Shown here: positions 32,492 through 41,360 of the stretch, piece by piece
How the letters are laid out: each line of letters begins with the position of its first letter
Numbering within the stretch: the first letter of the stretch is position 1
Source: Deltaproteobacteria bacterium
GTDB lineage: Bacteria > Myxococcota > Kuafuiibacteriia > Kuafuiibacteriales > Kuafuiibacteriaceae
DNA: 64,000 nt
Direction: 5' to 3'
NCBI GenBank assembly: GCA_040218735.1
Contig: JAVJQW010000019.1
Location: 160,001 to 224,000 of the forward strand
Notes under the pieces: generated by a model
What the model saw: the letters and a program-made list of their open reading frames with translations, nothing else
Database searches by the model: none
Told to the model about the DNA's origin: nothing
Made by a program: the position numbers and the translations under genes

Positions 32492-32974
32492 CTAGCGGGT
32501 GATCTGCGTTACGTACGCGAAGCCCTTCGCGTCGTTCCGGAGGTAGAGCGTAACGACCTGACCAACCTTGCCACGAGCCAGCGGCTCGACTCCGTTTTGC
32601 ATGACAGCGACCCGAATCGCGGTCTTCGGGATGTCTCGCATCTGGCGGTAGCGTTTGCGGTCCACGTCGCCATCGACGATGTAGATTACGCGACCGTCCT
32701 CGAGCGCGAGGAGCTCTGCGCGGACCTTGTTTTCGCGGCTGACGAGCTTGAGGTCGTGACGGCCGGGAACGAAGTGCCGATGCATCACCGGCGCGGGCAC
32801 CTTCCGTTTCTTCAGCTTCTCCAGGAAGGCCTCGTTCTCGCGCTGATGCTCCGCTTCAAGAGACTGGAGCGAAATGGAGGTCGGCGCAGTGTTCTTGCCG
32901 TCCCCAGCGTAGGCCGGGACGGACAGGGCAGCGACCAGCCCAAGGGTCATGAGTGCGTTTAGCTTGGTAGGCAT
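32492..32974 (-). CDS. Small secreted hypothetical protein downstream of pilY1
   Basis: AGAGGAG RBS; signal peptide ending AYA|G; 15 bp after the pilY1 stop. Confidence 0.75.
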   Translation of the reverse strand: MPTKLNALMTLGLVAALSVPAYAGDGKNTAPTSISLQSLEAEHQRENEAFLEKLKKRKVPAPVMHRHFVPGRHDLKLVSRENKVRAELLALEDGRVIYIVDGDVDRKRYRQMRDIPKTAIRVAVMQNGVEPLARGKVGQVVTLYLRNDAKGFAYVTQITR

Positions 32975-32989
32975 GTCTGACTCCTCTGC

Positions 32990-35900
32990 TTAGAAGGACG
33001 GGTCGACCTGCAGTCGCCACATGTAGAGGCGGACTGCGCGACGGTTTTGGCGAGCCGGCAGCATCGGCTGGGCCGCTGCGCCCGGCTCGGGCGTTCCGGT
33101 CGTGACGACGGGAGGCCCATCTGCGGGAGTGTAGAGCAGGAGATCACCGCCAATGTCCGTGTTGCCCTGCCAGACTCGACGATCGTTGGCATTGACGCCG
33201 TTGACGCCGTTCATGTCGCCCAGCGGAGCCGCGTTACAGTTGTCGACCGCGTACACCGAGTCGATACCCGTCGCCGAAACGCACTCCGTCGCCTTGTTGA
33301 TGGGCTCATAGGTCTTGAAGTAGGCCACGCCGTCGATGACCAGCGGGTTGCGGAGAATCTGTGCGTCAGGCGTAACGGCGACGTACCAGCCGTTGCCTGT
33401 CTGCGAAGCAAAGGCCGCATTGGCGTAGTCCACGCTGGTCACTGCCGTTGCGTCGTAGAGCTGCTCCAGGCCGAGGTCGGTCGTCGAACTCCCGTCATCC
33501 CAGATCACGCCGTAGACGTTGAAGTCCGGTGCGCCGCCGGCCGCGTCCGGACCGGGGATAATCGGCGGCCAGCCAGGAACAGGAGGCGTCGAGATCGCCG
33601 AGTTGCGGAGGTTCAGGTCCAGGGCCGGACGCTGCACGTTCCCCGTGCCGAAGTACACGCCGAATCGGCGAGCGCCCGTGCAGGTGGAGATCGCGACGTC
33701 CAGCTTCGTGAAGATCTTTCGGTAGTCCTTCGAGTCGCGCGGGAGCGGGGCGCCGTCGTTGTTGAGGTGCGCGATGCGGCGGACGTTGAAGAAGCCGCCG
33801 GGGCCCGGGGCCGTGCTCGGGGCGCGTTCGATCGCCCAGATCTGGCCGCACTCGTCGCCGACGTACGCGGTGCGGAAGAGGCCGCCCTCTCGGTAGACCG
33901 TGGGCTCCGCGGAGATCGGGCACGTGAAGTTGGTGAGCGCGGGGTGCGTCGTCCGGTCGAGGCAGACGCCGCGGACCGGCGGGGAGTCGCCGCAGTCGTA
34001 GGTCACGCGGGCGAGGATCGCGCCCTCCTGCTGGTTGTTGGTCGGCAGGTCGTTGAAGGTCGTCGCCGCCGCCGCCGGGGCCGCCGCGAGACCGTTGTAG
34101 TTGAACGAGTTCAGGTCGACGAAGTACACCGTCGGCATCCGCTGACCCGGCGACGGCGCCGTCGTGTTCGCCGTCTGGTAGTCGATGCTCGCGATCGTCC
34201 AGCCCGACGCCGCGCTGTCGTCGATGCCGTCCGTCACCACGTTCAGGCGGAAGCCGTTGGTGTCGTAGATCCAGGGCGTCACCGCGGGGCCGGCGTTGCC
34301 GGTGTACCGGACGACCTCGTTGCCCGTGCTGTCCGTGACCGCGACGTAGTCGTTCGCCTGCATGTTGATGCCGGAGAAACGAACGCGATACGCCTTGCCG
34401 CCGTTACCCGAGCTGAACTGGAACGGACCGAGCGGGATCGTGTAACCCGACCCACTCCCGTTGCCGGACAGCGGCGAACCGGGGTGCGCGCTCCAACCGG
34501 ACCAGTCGTAACACGGCTTCAGCGCCGCGGTCGCGTTGGCCGCGCTCGGGTTGTAGAGCGGAAGGATGTCCGCGAGCAGGTCGGTCAGGAACGTCGTCAT
34601 ACCGCTCGTGCAGTAGCCATTGCCGCTCGTGCAGGGCTGGCACTGCGCCGGGTTGCAGAGGATGTTGCGCGTAGCCGGAGGAATGATGAGGCCGAGCGGG
34701 TTGAGCAGCGGGTCCGTCTCGAGCGCCGTGCACACCGCGTTGATCGCGCCACCGAGGCTGCACTCCGCCGCCGAGATGCCGAGCACACCGCAGAGATCGT
34801 TGTGCTGAACGTTGCTCGGGCCGGGCGGTAGGTTGCTCTGGAGGGCACCGAAGTCCACGGTGTTGATGTCGTCCTCGCGGTCGTGACCGGAGACGATGAT
34901 GCCCGTCGGGACGACCGACTGCGTGTCGACCTCGCGGAAGTTACCGACCCACATCGGCGCCCACGTCTCGCGAAGGTGACGCAGCGAAGACTGCTGGTCG
35001 TCGATGCTCAGCGCCTGCGGCGCGAGGCTCGCGGCGTTGCCACCGAAGTTCGCCGACACGTCGAACTTCAGGTACTGCCGACCACCGCGCCCGAGGCCGA
35101 AGATGAGGTACGCCGTCTCGGCGTTGTTGATGTTGCCGTCGCCATTGCGGTCGTCGTGGTAGAGGCGGCCCTTGCCGTCGAAGTAGTAGCGCCGCATCTC
35201 GTCGAGCGTCGGCTGGTCCATGATGTCGCGGAGCTGGTGCGTGTTGACGAGGTTGTCGGACCACAGGTGGCCCGGGATGACCGCCGAGATCTCCCAGCCG
35301 TTCGCCGCGTCGTAGAAGTGCAGCATGCCTTCGTTCGAGTTCACCGCGAGGAAGCAGTTACCGGGCGCCTGGCAGTTGTCGGCGTAGCGGATCAGGATCG
35401 TGGAGCCGTTGATCGTGTCGCCGATCGGCCACTGATCGACCGCGATCGGGTTGCTGTCTGCGACCGTGGCGCACCCGCTCGCGCCGACCGCCTCGGCCGT
35501 GTAGCCGAACAGCTTGTTGACGAGCTCCGCGTGCTGGCACCAACCGCTCGTGTTGGTGAACGTCGGGTTGAACACGGCCGGGTTGCCGCGCGGGCCGGTG
35601 ATCGGAATCCAGCTCGGCGTTCCGGGCGCCCACGTCATGATGTTACGGCCCGCGTAGGGCGCCGCCGGGATGACCGCCGGGTTCGCCGGATCCGCGAACG
35701 TGTGCGTCGGCATCACCGCGCCGGTACCGCCGACATTGGCGTCCTGCGTGTTCGTGAACGTCCAGATGTCGAGCGGCGTCGGGTTCGCGAGGAGCGCGCC
35801 GGTCGGCGAGCCGCCCTGACGGAGGAACATGCAATCTACGCTGCCCGGGTTGGCCGGGGAGAGGAGCTGCGGGTCGACGCAGTACTTCTTCGTCGTGCCG

Positions 35901-36994
35901 TGCCACGAGCCGCGGTCGAACGGGCGGAACGACGTCACGTAGACGTAGTTGCCCGAGAACAGTCCGTCGTTCTGCAGCGTGCCCGGCGAGAACGCCACGT
36001 TGGAGCGCGCGATGACCGACAGGATGATCGTCTGGAACGCGTTCGCGAGCTCGCCGTACGTCGTCGGCGTGAAGGCCTGCCCGAGGCCCGCCGTCGCCAT
36101 GTCGTCGAGGAGGATCTCGGCCGCCGCGCCCGCGTCGAACGCGACCGTGTAGGTCCGGATGTCCTGGTTGCCATCGACGTCCGAGTCGACGTCGATCGTG
36201 TCGATCACCGGGGTCGAGATGTCGGCGTCGACCATGTAGGCCGCCGCGACGTCGGTGTGGGGCGCCGAGCCGTTGAGGTCACGAATCGTGCTGCCACCGC
36301 CCAGCGGATCGATGAGCTGTGCGAGCGCGCCGATCTGCCAGTTGTTGACCGCGCTGCCGTTCGAGGAGCCGTCGGACATCACGACGAGGTAGTTCTGGCG
36401 GCACTGGAGCGTGTTGTTGCAGCCGGTGGCGCCGGAGGTCGTCGGCGACGCACAAGGGGAGCCACCCGTCGCGCTGTAGCGGAAGAAGTCCGTCTGGTAC
36501 TGCGCGCCAGCGTAGTACTGCTGGGCGAGGGGGGTGCCGCCCTGCGGGCTCATCGCGAGGATGTCGTTCTGGATGCCGTTGAGGTTGCCGCCCGCGGTGT
36601 TGAAGCCGCCATTGGTCGTGATGCCATCGCCGGTGTTCGTGCCGAACAGACGCAGCGCAAAGAGGGCACGGGACGCGAAGGGGAGGTCCAAGATGCCGTC
36701 CGTAATTCCGGTGCAGCCGGTCATGGCCGCCTTGAGGAGGTCGATCTTACGGTAGTTCGCCGGGTTGAACGTCCGTGAAGGCGCCGCGACGAGCGCGCCG
36801 ATCGAGTCGAAGTAGCCGCAGTTCGGCGCGGTCCCCGTCGAGTCGTTCATCGAGCAAGACGAGTCCAGAATCAGCTGAATCTGCGGAAGTGTGTCCGCAC
36901 CGCGAAGAATGTCCAAGCCGTCCGGATAGGTCGGCCCTCCGGCGACGACCTGTCCCGCTAGCGCGGTCGTGACGACGAGCATCGAGTTCAGCAT
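32990..36994 (-). CDS. pilY1: Type IV pilus tip adhesin, PilY1-like (vWA + beta-propeller, with CUB-like insert)
   Basis: MIDAS DSSCS..GGTPL..SDG; PilY1 motifs NEGMLHFYDA..GWE, YYFDG, GLGRGGR.Y..DV, ETW, YVGD..GQIW, YFGTG, GWY; Ca-loop-like DRNGDGNIN. Confidence 0.88.
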   Translation of the reverse strand: MLNSMLVVTTALAGQVVAGGPTYPDGLDILRGADTLPQIQLILDSSCSMNDSTGTAPNCGYFDSIGALVAAPSRTFNPANYRKIDLLKAAMTGCTGITDGILDLPFASRALFALRLFGTNTGDGITTNGGFNTAGGNLNGIQNDILAMSPQGGTPLAQQYYAGAQYQTDFFRYSATGGSPCASPTTSGATGCNNTLQCRQNYLVVMSDGSSNGSAVNNWQIGALAQLIDPLGGGSTIRDLNGSAPHTDVAAAYMVDADISTPVIDTIDVDSDVDGNQDIRTYTVAFDAGAAAEILLDDMATAGLGQAFTPTTYGELANAFQTIILSVIARSNVAFSPGTLQNDGLFSGNYVYVTSFRPFDRGSWHGTTKKYCVDPQLLSPANPGSVDCMFLRQGGSPTGALLANPTPLDIWTFTNTQDANVGGTGAVMPTHTFADPANPAVIPAAPYAGRNIMTWAPGTPSWIPITGPRGNPAVFNPTFTNTSGWCQHAELVNKLFGYTAEAVGASGCATVADSNPIAVDQWPIGDTINGSTILIRYADNCQAPGNCFLAVNSNEGMLHFYDAANGWEISAVIPGHLWSDNLVNTHQLRDIMDQPTLDEMRRYYFDGKGRLYHDDRNGDGNINNAETAYLIFGLGRGGRQYLKFDVSANFGGNAASLAPQALSIDDQQSSLRHLRETWAPMWVGNFREVDTQSVVPTGIIVSGHDREDDINTVDFGALQSNLPPGPSNVQHNDLCGVLGISAAECSLGGAINAVCTALETDPLLNPLGLIIPPATRNILCNPAQCQPCTSGNGYCTSGMTTFLTDLLADILPLYNPSAANATAALKPCYDWSGWSAHPGSPLSGNGSGSGYTIPLGPFQFSSGNGGKAYRVRFSGINMQANDYVAVTDSTGNEVVRYTGNAGPAVTPWIYDTNGFRLNVVTDGIDDSAASGWTIASIDYQTANTTAPSPGQRMPTVYFVDLNSFNYNGLAAAPAAAATTFNDLPTNNQQEGAILARVTYDCGDSPPVRGVCLDRTTHPALTNFTCPISAEPTVYREGGLFRTAYVGDECGQIWAIERAPSTAPGPGGFFNVRRIAHLNNDGAPLPRDSKDYRKIFTKLDVAISTCTGARRFGVYFGTGNVQRPALDLNLRNSAISTPPVPGWPPIIPGPDAAGGAPDFNVYGVIWDDGSSTTDLGLEQLYDATAVTSVDYANAAFASQTGNGWYVAVTPDAQILRNPLVIDGVAYFKTYEPINKATECVSATGIDSVYAVDNCNAAPLGDMNGVNGVNANDRRVWQGNTDIGGDLLLYTPADGPPVVTTGTPEPGAAAQPMLPARQNRRAVRLYMWRLQVDPSF

Positions 36995-37068
36995 CCGTGG
37001 TCTCCCCTTCCCGTAGCGCCACGCACACCGGACCTCGGTGGTGCACGGGCGTGTCGGACCCTACTTCT

Positions 37069-37125
37069 CTTGCATCCGCAGGGCCAGTTCTCGGCCCACA
37101 CGATTCCACGCGCAAGTATGCAAGG
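37069..37125 (-). promoter_or_regulatory. Putative sigma54 -24/-12 element plus upstream CCTTGCA box, ahead of pilY1
   Basis: Coding strand CCTTGCA-N31-CTGGCCCTGCGGATGCAAG, about 75 bp upstream of the ATG. Confidence 0.5.
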
Positions 37126-37156
37126 TTCGTCGATCGAACCCCAGGCCTTGCACGTC

Positions 37157-37666
37157 CTACATGAAGGAGGCGCTGCCCCCGTAAGTCACCGTGATGGTGC
37201 GCTGTCCGCCGCCATGCGTGTCCGTCATGACGATGTTGATGTTGTTCGCCTGGTCCAGCGTCCCGTTCCGTCGGAAGCGAATCTCGGTCCCCACCGCAGG
37301 CGCGGTGATCGAGAACCCTGCCCCGTACTTCGTCAGCATGTCGACGACCTCGACCGCGACCTCGCTCCCGTTCGACGTGTTGTCGTTGTCGACGAACACC
37401 GAATAACTCGTCGCCGACACGATCCGAATCCCGGCCTGCACCGTGCGCTGGCCCGCCGCGAACGCCCCCGGAGGGGTCGTCCCGGTCTTGGCCATGCTCC
37501 GGGCCTTCCTAAAGTCACCGACCATCGCGTTGGCCGCCGACCGCATGTCCGCCTTCGCCGTGGACCGCTGGAAGGTCGCCATCGCGATCACGGCCCCGAT
37601 GGCCACGATCCCGATCACCACCATCACCTCGAGCATCGTGAATCCGCTTTTCGTCCGTCGCTGCAT
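37157..37666 (-). CDS. fimU: Type IV minor pilin, FimU/FimT (GspH-like)
   Basis: KSG|FTMLEVMVVIGIVAI; ARSMA helix; Y.VFVD and IRF..NG motifs. Confidence 0.8.
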   Translation of the reverse strand: MQRRTKSGFTMLEVMVVIGIVAIGAVIAMATFQRSTAKADMRSAANAMVGDFRKARSMAKTGTTPPGAFAAGQRTVQAGIRIVSATSYSVFVDNDNTSNGSEVAVEVVDMLTKYGAGFSITAPAVGTEIRFRRNGTLDQANNINIVMTDTHGGGQRTITVTYGGSASFM

Positions 37667-37713
37667 GGTCGTTCCCTTCCTCATCTTGGACGTCGGCAGA
37701 TTCGTTGTCGAAT

Positions 37714-39078
37714 TCAAACCCGCATCGCGTCGATCGGCCCGACCCGCAGATCCGCCTCGTCGCTCGTGATTCCGGCGTTGTGCATCAACGTCTGGATGAT
37801 GTGCTCCGGCCGCGGCACATCGCCGCCCGGGTCCGGACGCCCCGTCGCGAGGTCGATCGCCAACGGCTCGAGCCCCACGTCGCTCGACTGCCCGACGACG
37901 GTGCCCCCCTTGATCCCCGCGCCCGCCACGAAGCTCGCGTTGGTGAGCGAGTGGTCCCGGCCGCCGCGCTCGTTGAGCATCGCGGTCCGCGAGAACTCCG
38001 AGAACCCGACGATCACCGTGTGGTCGAGCCACGACTCACTCGTGTCCTTGTACTGACTCGACTCGAGGTCCTCGATCAGCCGCGCCACCGCGTTGAAGCC
38101 GCGCTGCTGGTTCGGCCCCTGGTCGGACGCCCACTCGTCGAAGTGTGTGTCGAGCCCGTTCGCCACCTGCATGCTCACGACGCGACTCACGCCGCCCTTG
38201 ATCGCCTGCGCCGCCATCGCCGCTTGCGCCTCCGCGGACTGAAGCCCCGCGTTCCCCGCACCGATCGCGTAGTGGTCGCGGATCGCCGCCATCGACGGCG
38301 CCGAGAAATCGAACAACCGATCCAGCGCCCCGACCGTCATCTGACGCGCCTTCTGACGACCCGTCTCCGCCGCCTGCCACGTCGGCGAGCGCTGCGCGCC
38401 CCGACACGACGCCACCGTCGACAGCAGGTGATCGAGCTGGTTCGCCTGGAGCACCTCGAGCTGCGGATCCGCCGGACGCAACGCCCGGATCAGATCCGGC
38501 ACGCCGTTCGCGGAGAGCGCCGTCGCGAAGTTCGGCTGGTCGACGTTGTACGACTCCACCCGAATCGACAGGTTCGGGATCGGCTCCTCCTGCCCGAAGC
38601 GCGCCGCGAACCACGTCGCCGCGGAGGACCCGCGCGCCTGAAGACCGCTCGGCGGCTTGCCGGTGATGAAGCGCCTACGCCCCGCTTCGTGCGTGAGCGT
38701 CTCCATGCTCATGCCACGGACGACCGCAAGTTTGCTTGCATGCGCCGCGAGGTCACCGATGTGCGGACCGAACGTGATGCCGCCGGCGCGCACGAGCTGA
38801 CCGTCGCCGCTCTCCAGCAGGTCGTACGCCGGCTGGATGCGCGTGGTCCGCGAGTTCTCCTCGGTGAACACCGCGGGGTCGCGCGGGTCGAGGCCGAGGA
38901 GGATGTCCCAGCCGCCCGAGAAGTACGCGAACACGTAGTACGTGTCCTTGCCTTCGCTCGCGCGGGCGAGCTGCGAGAGCGGGCCGGCTCCGCCGAACAC
39001 CGCCATGCCGCCGCCGAGCGCGAGCGTTCCCTTGAGTAGATTGCGACGCGTGATGCCTGTCTTGTTCGTCTTCGTCAC
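37714..39078 (-). CDS. Tat-exported DUF1501-family protein
   Basis: ITRRNLLK twin-arginine signal; YFSGGWD..DP, LDTH, FSEFSRT...NERGGRDH, G.GIKGG.VVG. Confidence 0.85.
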   Translation of the reverse strand: MTKTNKTGITRRNLLKGTLALGGGMAVFGGAGPLSQLARASEGKDTYYVFAYFSGGWDILLGLDPRDPAVFTEENSRTTRIQPAYDLLESGDGQLVRAGGITFGPHIGDLAAHASKLAVVRGMSMETLTHEAGRRRFITGKPPSGLQARGSSAATWFAARFGQEEPIPNLSIRVESYNVDQPNFATALSANGVPDLIRALRPADPQLEVLQANQLDHLLSTVASCRGAQRSPTWQAAETGRQKARQMTVGALDRLFDFSAPSMAAIRDHYAIGAGNAGLQSAEAQAAMAAQAIKGGVSRVVSMQVANGLDTHFDEWASDQGPNQQRGFNAVARLIEDLESSQYKDTSESWLDHTVIVGFSEFSRTAMLNERGGRDHSLTNASFVAGAGIKGGTVVGQSSDVGLEPLAIDLATGRPDPGGDVPRPEHIIQTLMHNAGITSDEADLRVGPIDAMRV

Positions 39079-39089
39079 TTCAGGCCACC

Positions 39090-39785
39090 TCAGTACGTGT
39101 AGAAATCCGGGTGCGTGAACAGCCCGACGCAGAGCGTCCGCCACACCGCCGGCTGCGATTCGGTCACGTGGTCCGCGCTCTGGAACAACCACTTCCAGGG
39201 CTCGAGCTCCGGAGCGCCCGCCTCGAGCTTGCGCCCGTGGAACCGCAGCAGCAGCGCGATCAGGTTCGCCTCCACCGCCGCCGGGTGGTCCGCGTAGGTC
39301 GTCGACGGGGTCGCGTGCTGGAAGAAGACCCGGTCCGCCTCGGCGCGCCGGCCCTCCTCCACCATCAGGTCGTCACACACCGCGCGCGACGCGTCGTCCA
39401 AGAACTTCTGGAACATCGCCGACGGGTCGAGGTTCTCGTCGGTCGTTTGAATGTAATCCGGCTTGCCGAGCGTCGACGCCAGCTCCTCGAACAGGTTCAC
39501 CTCGGTGTTCCCGCGCTGCTCCGTCCACCCGATGCCGCCCGTCACCTGACGAATCGCGGCGTCGAGCTGATCGAGGTCCATGCGACGACGACGACGGAAC
39601 GGATCCTCCGGACGCGCCTCGGGCGGCAGCAGCTCACCCTCCCCTTCGGTCGTCACGACGACGTCGACGGGATCCGGCGTGGTCGTCGGCGGGATCGGCG
39701 GCGGATTCACCGTCTGCACCGAGTCCGCCGGGCAGCCGTACACAAACGCGAGCGCCAACGCGCCCATCCAAGTCATGCGCTTCAT
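39090..39785 (-). CDS. Hypothetical lipoprotein in the DUF1501 cluster
   Basis: FVYGC lipobox; terminal W..LC..L..HPDF..Y motif; coupled to the upstream gene. Confidence 0.75.
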   Translation of the reverse strand: MKRMTWMGALALAFVYGCPADSVQTVNPPPIPPTTTPDPVDVVVTTEGEGELLPPEARPEDPFRRRRRMDLDQLDAAIRQVTGGIGWTEQRGNTEVNLFEELASTLGKPDYIQTTDENLDPSAMFQKFLDDASRAVCDDLMVEEGRRAEADRVFFQHATPSTTYADHPAAVEANLIALLLRFHGRKLEAGAPELEPWKWLFQSADHVTESQPAVWRTLCVGLFTHPDFYTY

Positions 39786-41356
39786 CAGCGGACCCTCCGG
39801 TACACGTCGCTCGTCACTATCGCCTTCACCAGCGCCTTGTACGAGTAGTTCGAAGCCACGAACGAGCGCCCGAGCGCCTCGAGCCACGTGCGCTCCTCGG
39901 TGTTCAGGTCACGACCGAACAGCCCCTCCATCGCGCGCTGCGCCGAGCAGCGTGGGAAGCGGTCGTCGACGATCGCCGTGTTCACCAGGTGCTTGGGCCC
40001 GAGGTCCACGTTGAGCTGGTGGCTCTCGCGCAGGAAGTTGTACGCGTTGAGGTGCCCCGCGAACTCCATTTCCACCGAGGAGAGCGGCCGGGTCACGTAG
40101 TACAGACGGCACTCGCGGCTGCACAGCCGCCCGGTCATCGCACACGTTCGGCAGTCTTCGCGCTCCGCCGGGAACGTCTCGGCGTCGAGGAAGCCCGCGC
40201 CGCGCTCCGCCCAGCGACCCCAGTGCGCCGCGGCCGGCTCGAGGAGCGCGTGGCAGTAGCGGCAGCCTTCGCGCTGTTGCAGATCCGGGTGCGGGAGCGC
40301 GTTCGGATCACCGCCCGGCAACCCACCGGTGGGCGGGCTGAACGGCGCGCAGAGGAAGGCCTCGAAGAACCGGTTCGCGCGCGCGCGGTTCGTCTGGAAG
40401 CGCAGCAGATACGCCGGGCTCGTCAGCACACCCGCGTGCCCCTCGGGGAGCTCGATCTCCTGGAAGTTGTACGTGTCGGCCGTGTAGGCGAGCTCGGGGA
40501 GGCGGTCGAGGTCGTACGCGACCGGCTCGAGCGTCACGTTCGCGGGGACGCCGCGCTGACGCTGCAGGTAGTGGACGATCGGACCGTCGACGAACGCGGT
40601 GCGGCTCGTGAACAGGTCCGTGTACGGGAGGTCCTCGCGGATGATCTTCGCGATGCGCATGTCGACGTCGATCCCGAGCGACGTCTGCACCGCGTCGTAC
40701 GCGCCGTAGCGGCACAGCCCGAGCTCGGGACCGCAGCCACACTTCGGGTCGTTGAAGCCGCTGTTCGTCGTGCAGTCCGCGCCGGTGGGGGAGACGGCGT
40801 TTTCCTGCGCGTCCGAGGCGCACACCCGGATGAGGCTCTCCGGATCCCAGTACGGCCGGACCTCGACGTAACCCTCGCGCCGAACGCCGTCGCCCTCGTC
40901 GACGAAGACGATCTCTCCGTTGGCGTCGAACTGCGCCGGCTCGTCGCGGCACGGGACGAAGTCGCCGCGGTACACGAGCGCCGGGCGATAACGCCAGTAC
41001 AGCTGCCCGGTCCGACGGAACGACGTCCGGTAGTTCATCAGGTTCACGTTCGTGACGTTGTTCCAGAGGAACGACCGGTGGATGCGCACCGCGCGCTCGA
41101 CGAACGCGTCGGTGTCGAGCATCTGCTCGATCATCTCCACCGGGACGTCGTCGACCTCGTCGAGCTGCGCGTAGTCCTGAGGCGAGGGGACCGTCCCGAG
41201 CAGGTCGAGGTACAGGCTCCGTAGGTACCCATACTTGTCGAGCCGCGGCTCGTCCGCGCGACACAGATCTTCCTCGTTGTTCGGCGTCTGCGCCGAAGCC
41301 ACGCCCGAGACCAAGAGGAGGGACAGCGCCCAACCCCCAACTCGTGTTCGTTTCAT
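39785..41356 (-). CDS. Secreted c-type cytochrome-like protein (DUF1549/DUF1588/DUF1585-like elements)
   Basis: Signal peptide; YLRSLYLDLLGTVP; HAGVLTSP..L.R..TNRARA; CRYCH heme motif; terminal YKALVKAIVTSD.Y. Confidence 0.75.
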   Translation of the reverse strand: MKRTRVGGWALSLLLVSGVASAQTPNNEEDLCRADEPRLDKYGYLRSLYLDLLGTVPSPQDYAQLDEVDDVPVEMIEQMLDTDAFVERAVRIHRSFLWNNVTNVNLMNYRTSFRRTGQLYWRYRPALVYRGDFVPCRDEPAQFDANGEIVFVDEGDGVRREGYVEVRPYWDPESLIRVCASDAQENAVSPTGADCTTNSGFNDPKCGCGPELGLCRYGAYDAVQTSLGIDVDMRIAKIIREDLPYTDLFTSRTAFVDGPIVHYLQRQRGVPANVTLEPVAYDLDRLPELAYTADTYNFQEIELPEGHAGVLTSPAYLLRFQTNRARANRFFEAFLCAPFSPPTGGLPGGDPNALPHPDLQQREGCRYCHALLEPAAAHWGRWAERGAGFLDAETFPAEREDCRTCAMTGRLCSRECRLYYVTRPLSSVEMEFAGHLNAYNFLRESHQLNVDLGPKHLVNTAIVDDRFPRCSAQRAMEGLFGRDLNTEERTWLEALGRSFVASNYSYKALVKAIVTSDVYRRVR

Positions 41357-41360
41357 CGCT

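Noticed and set aside
16358-32974. Classical integrative element or prophage
   Set aside because: No integrase, tRNA target, att-like flanking repeats, phage or conjugation genes seen.
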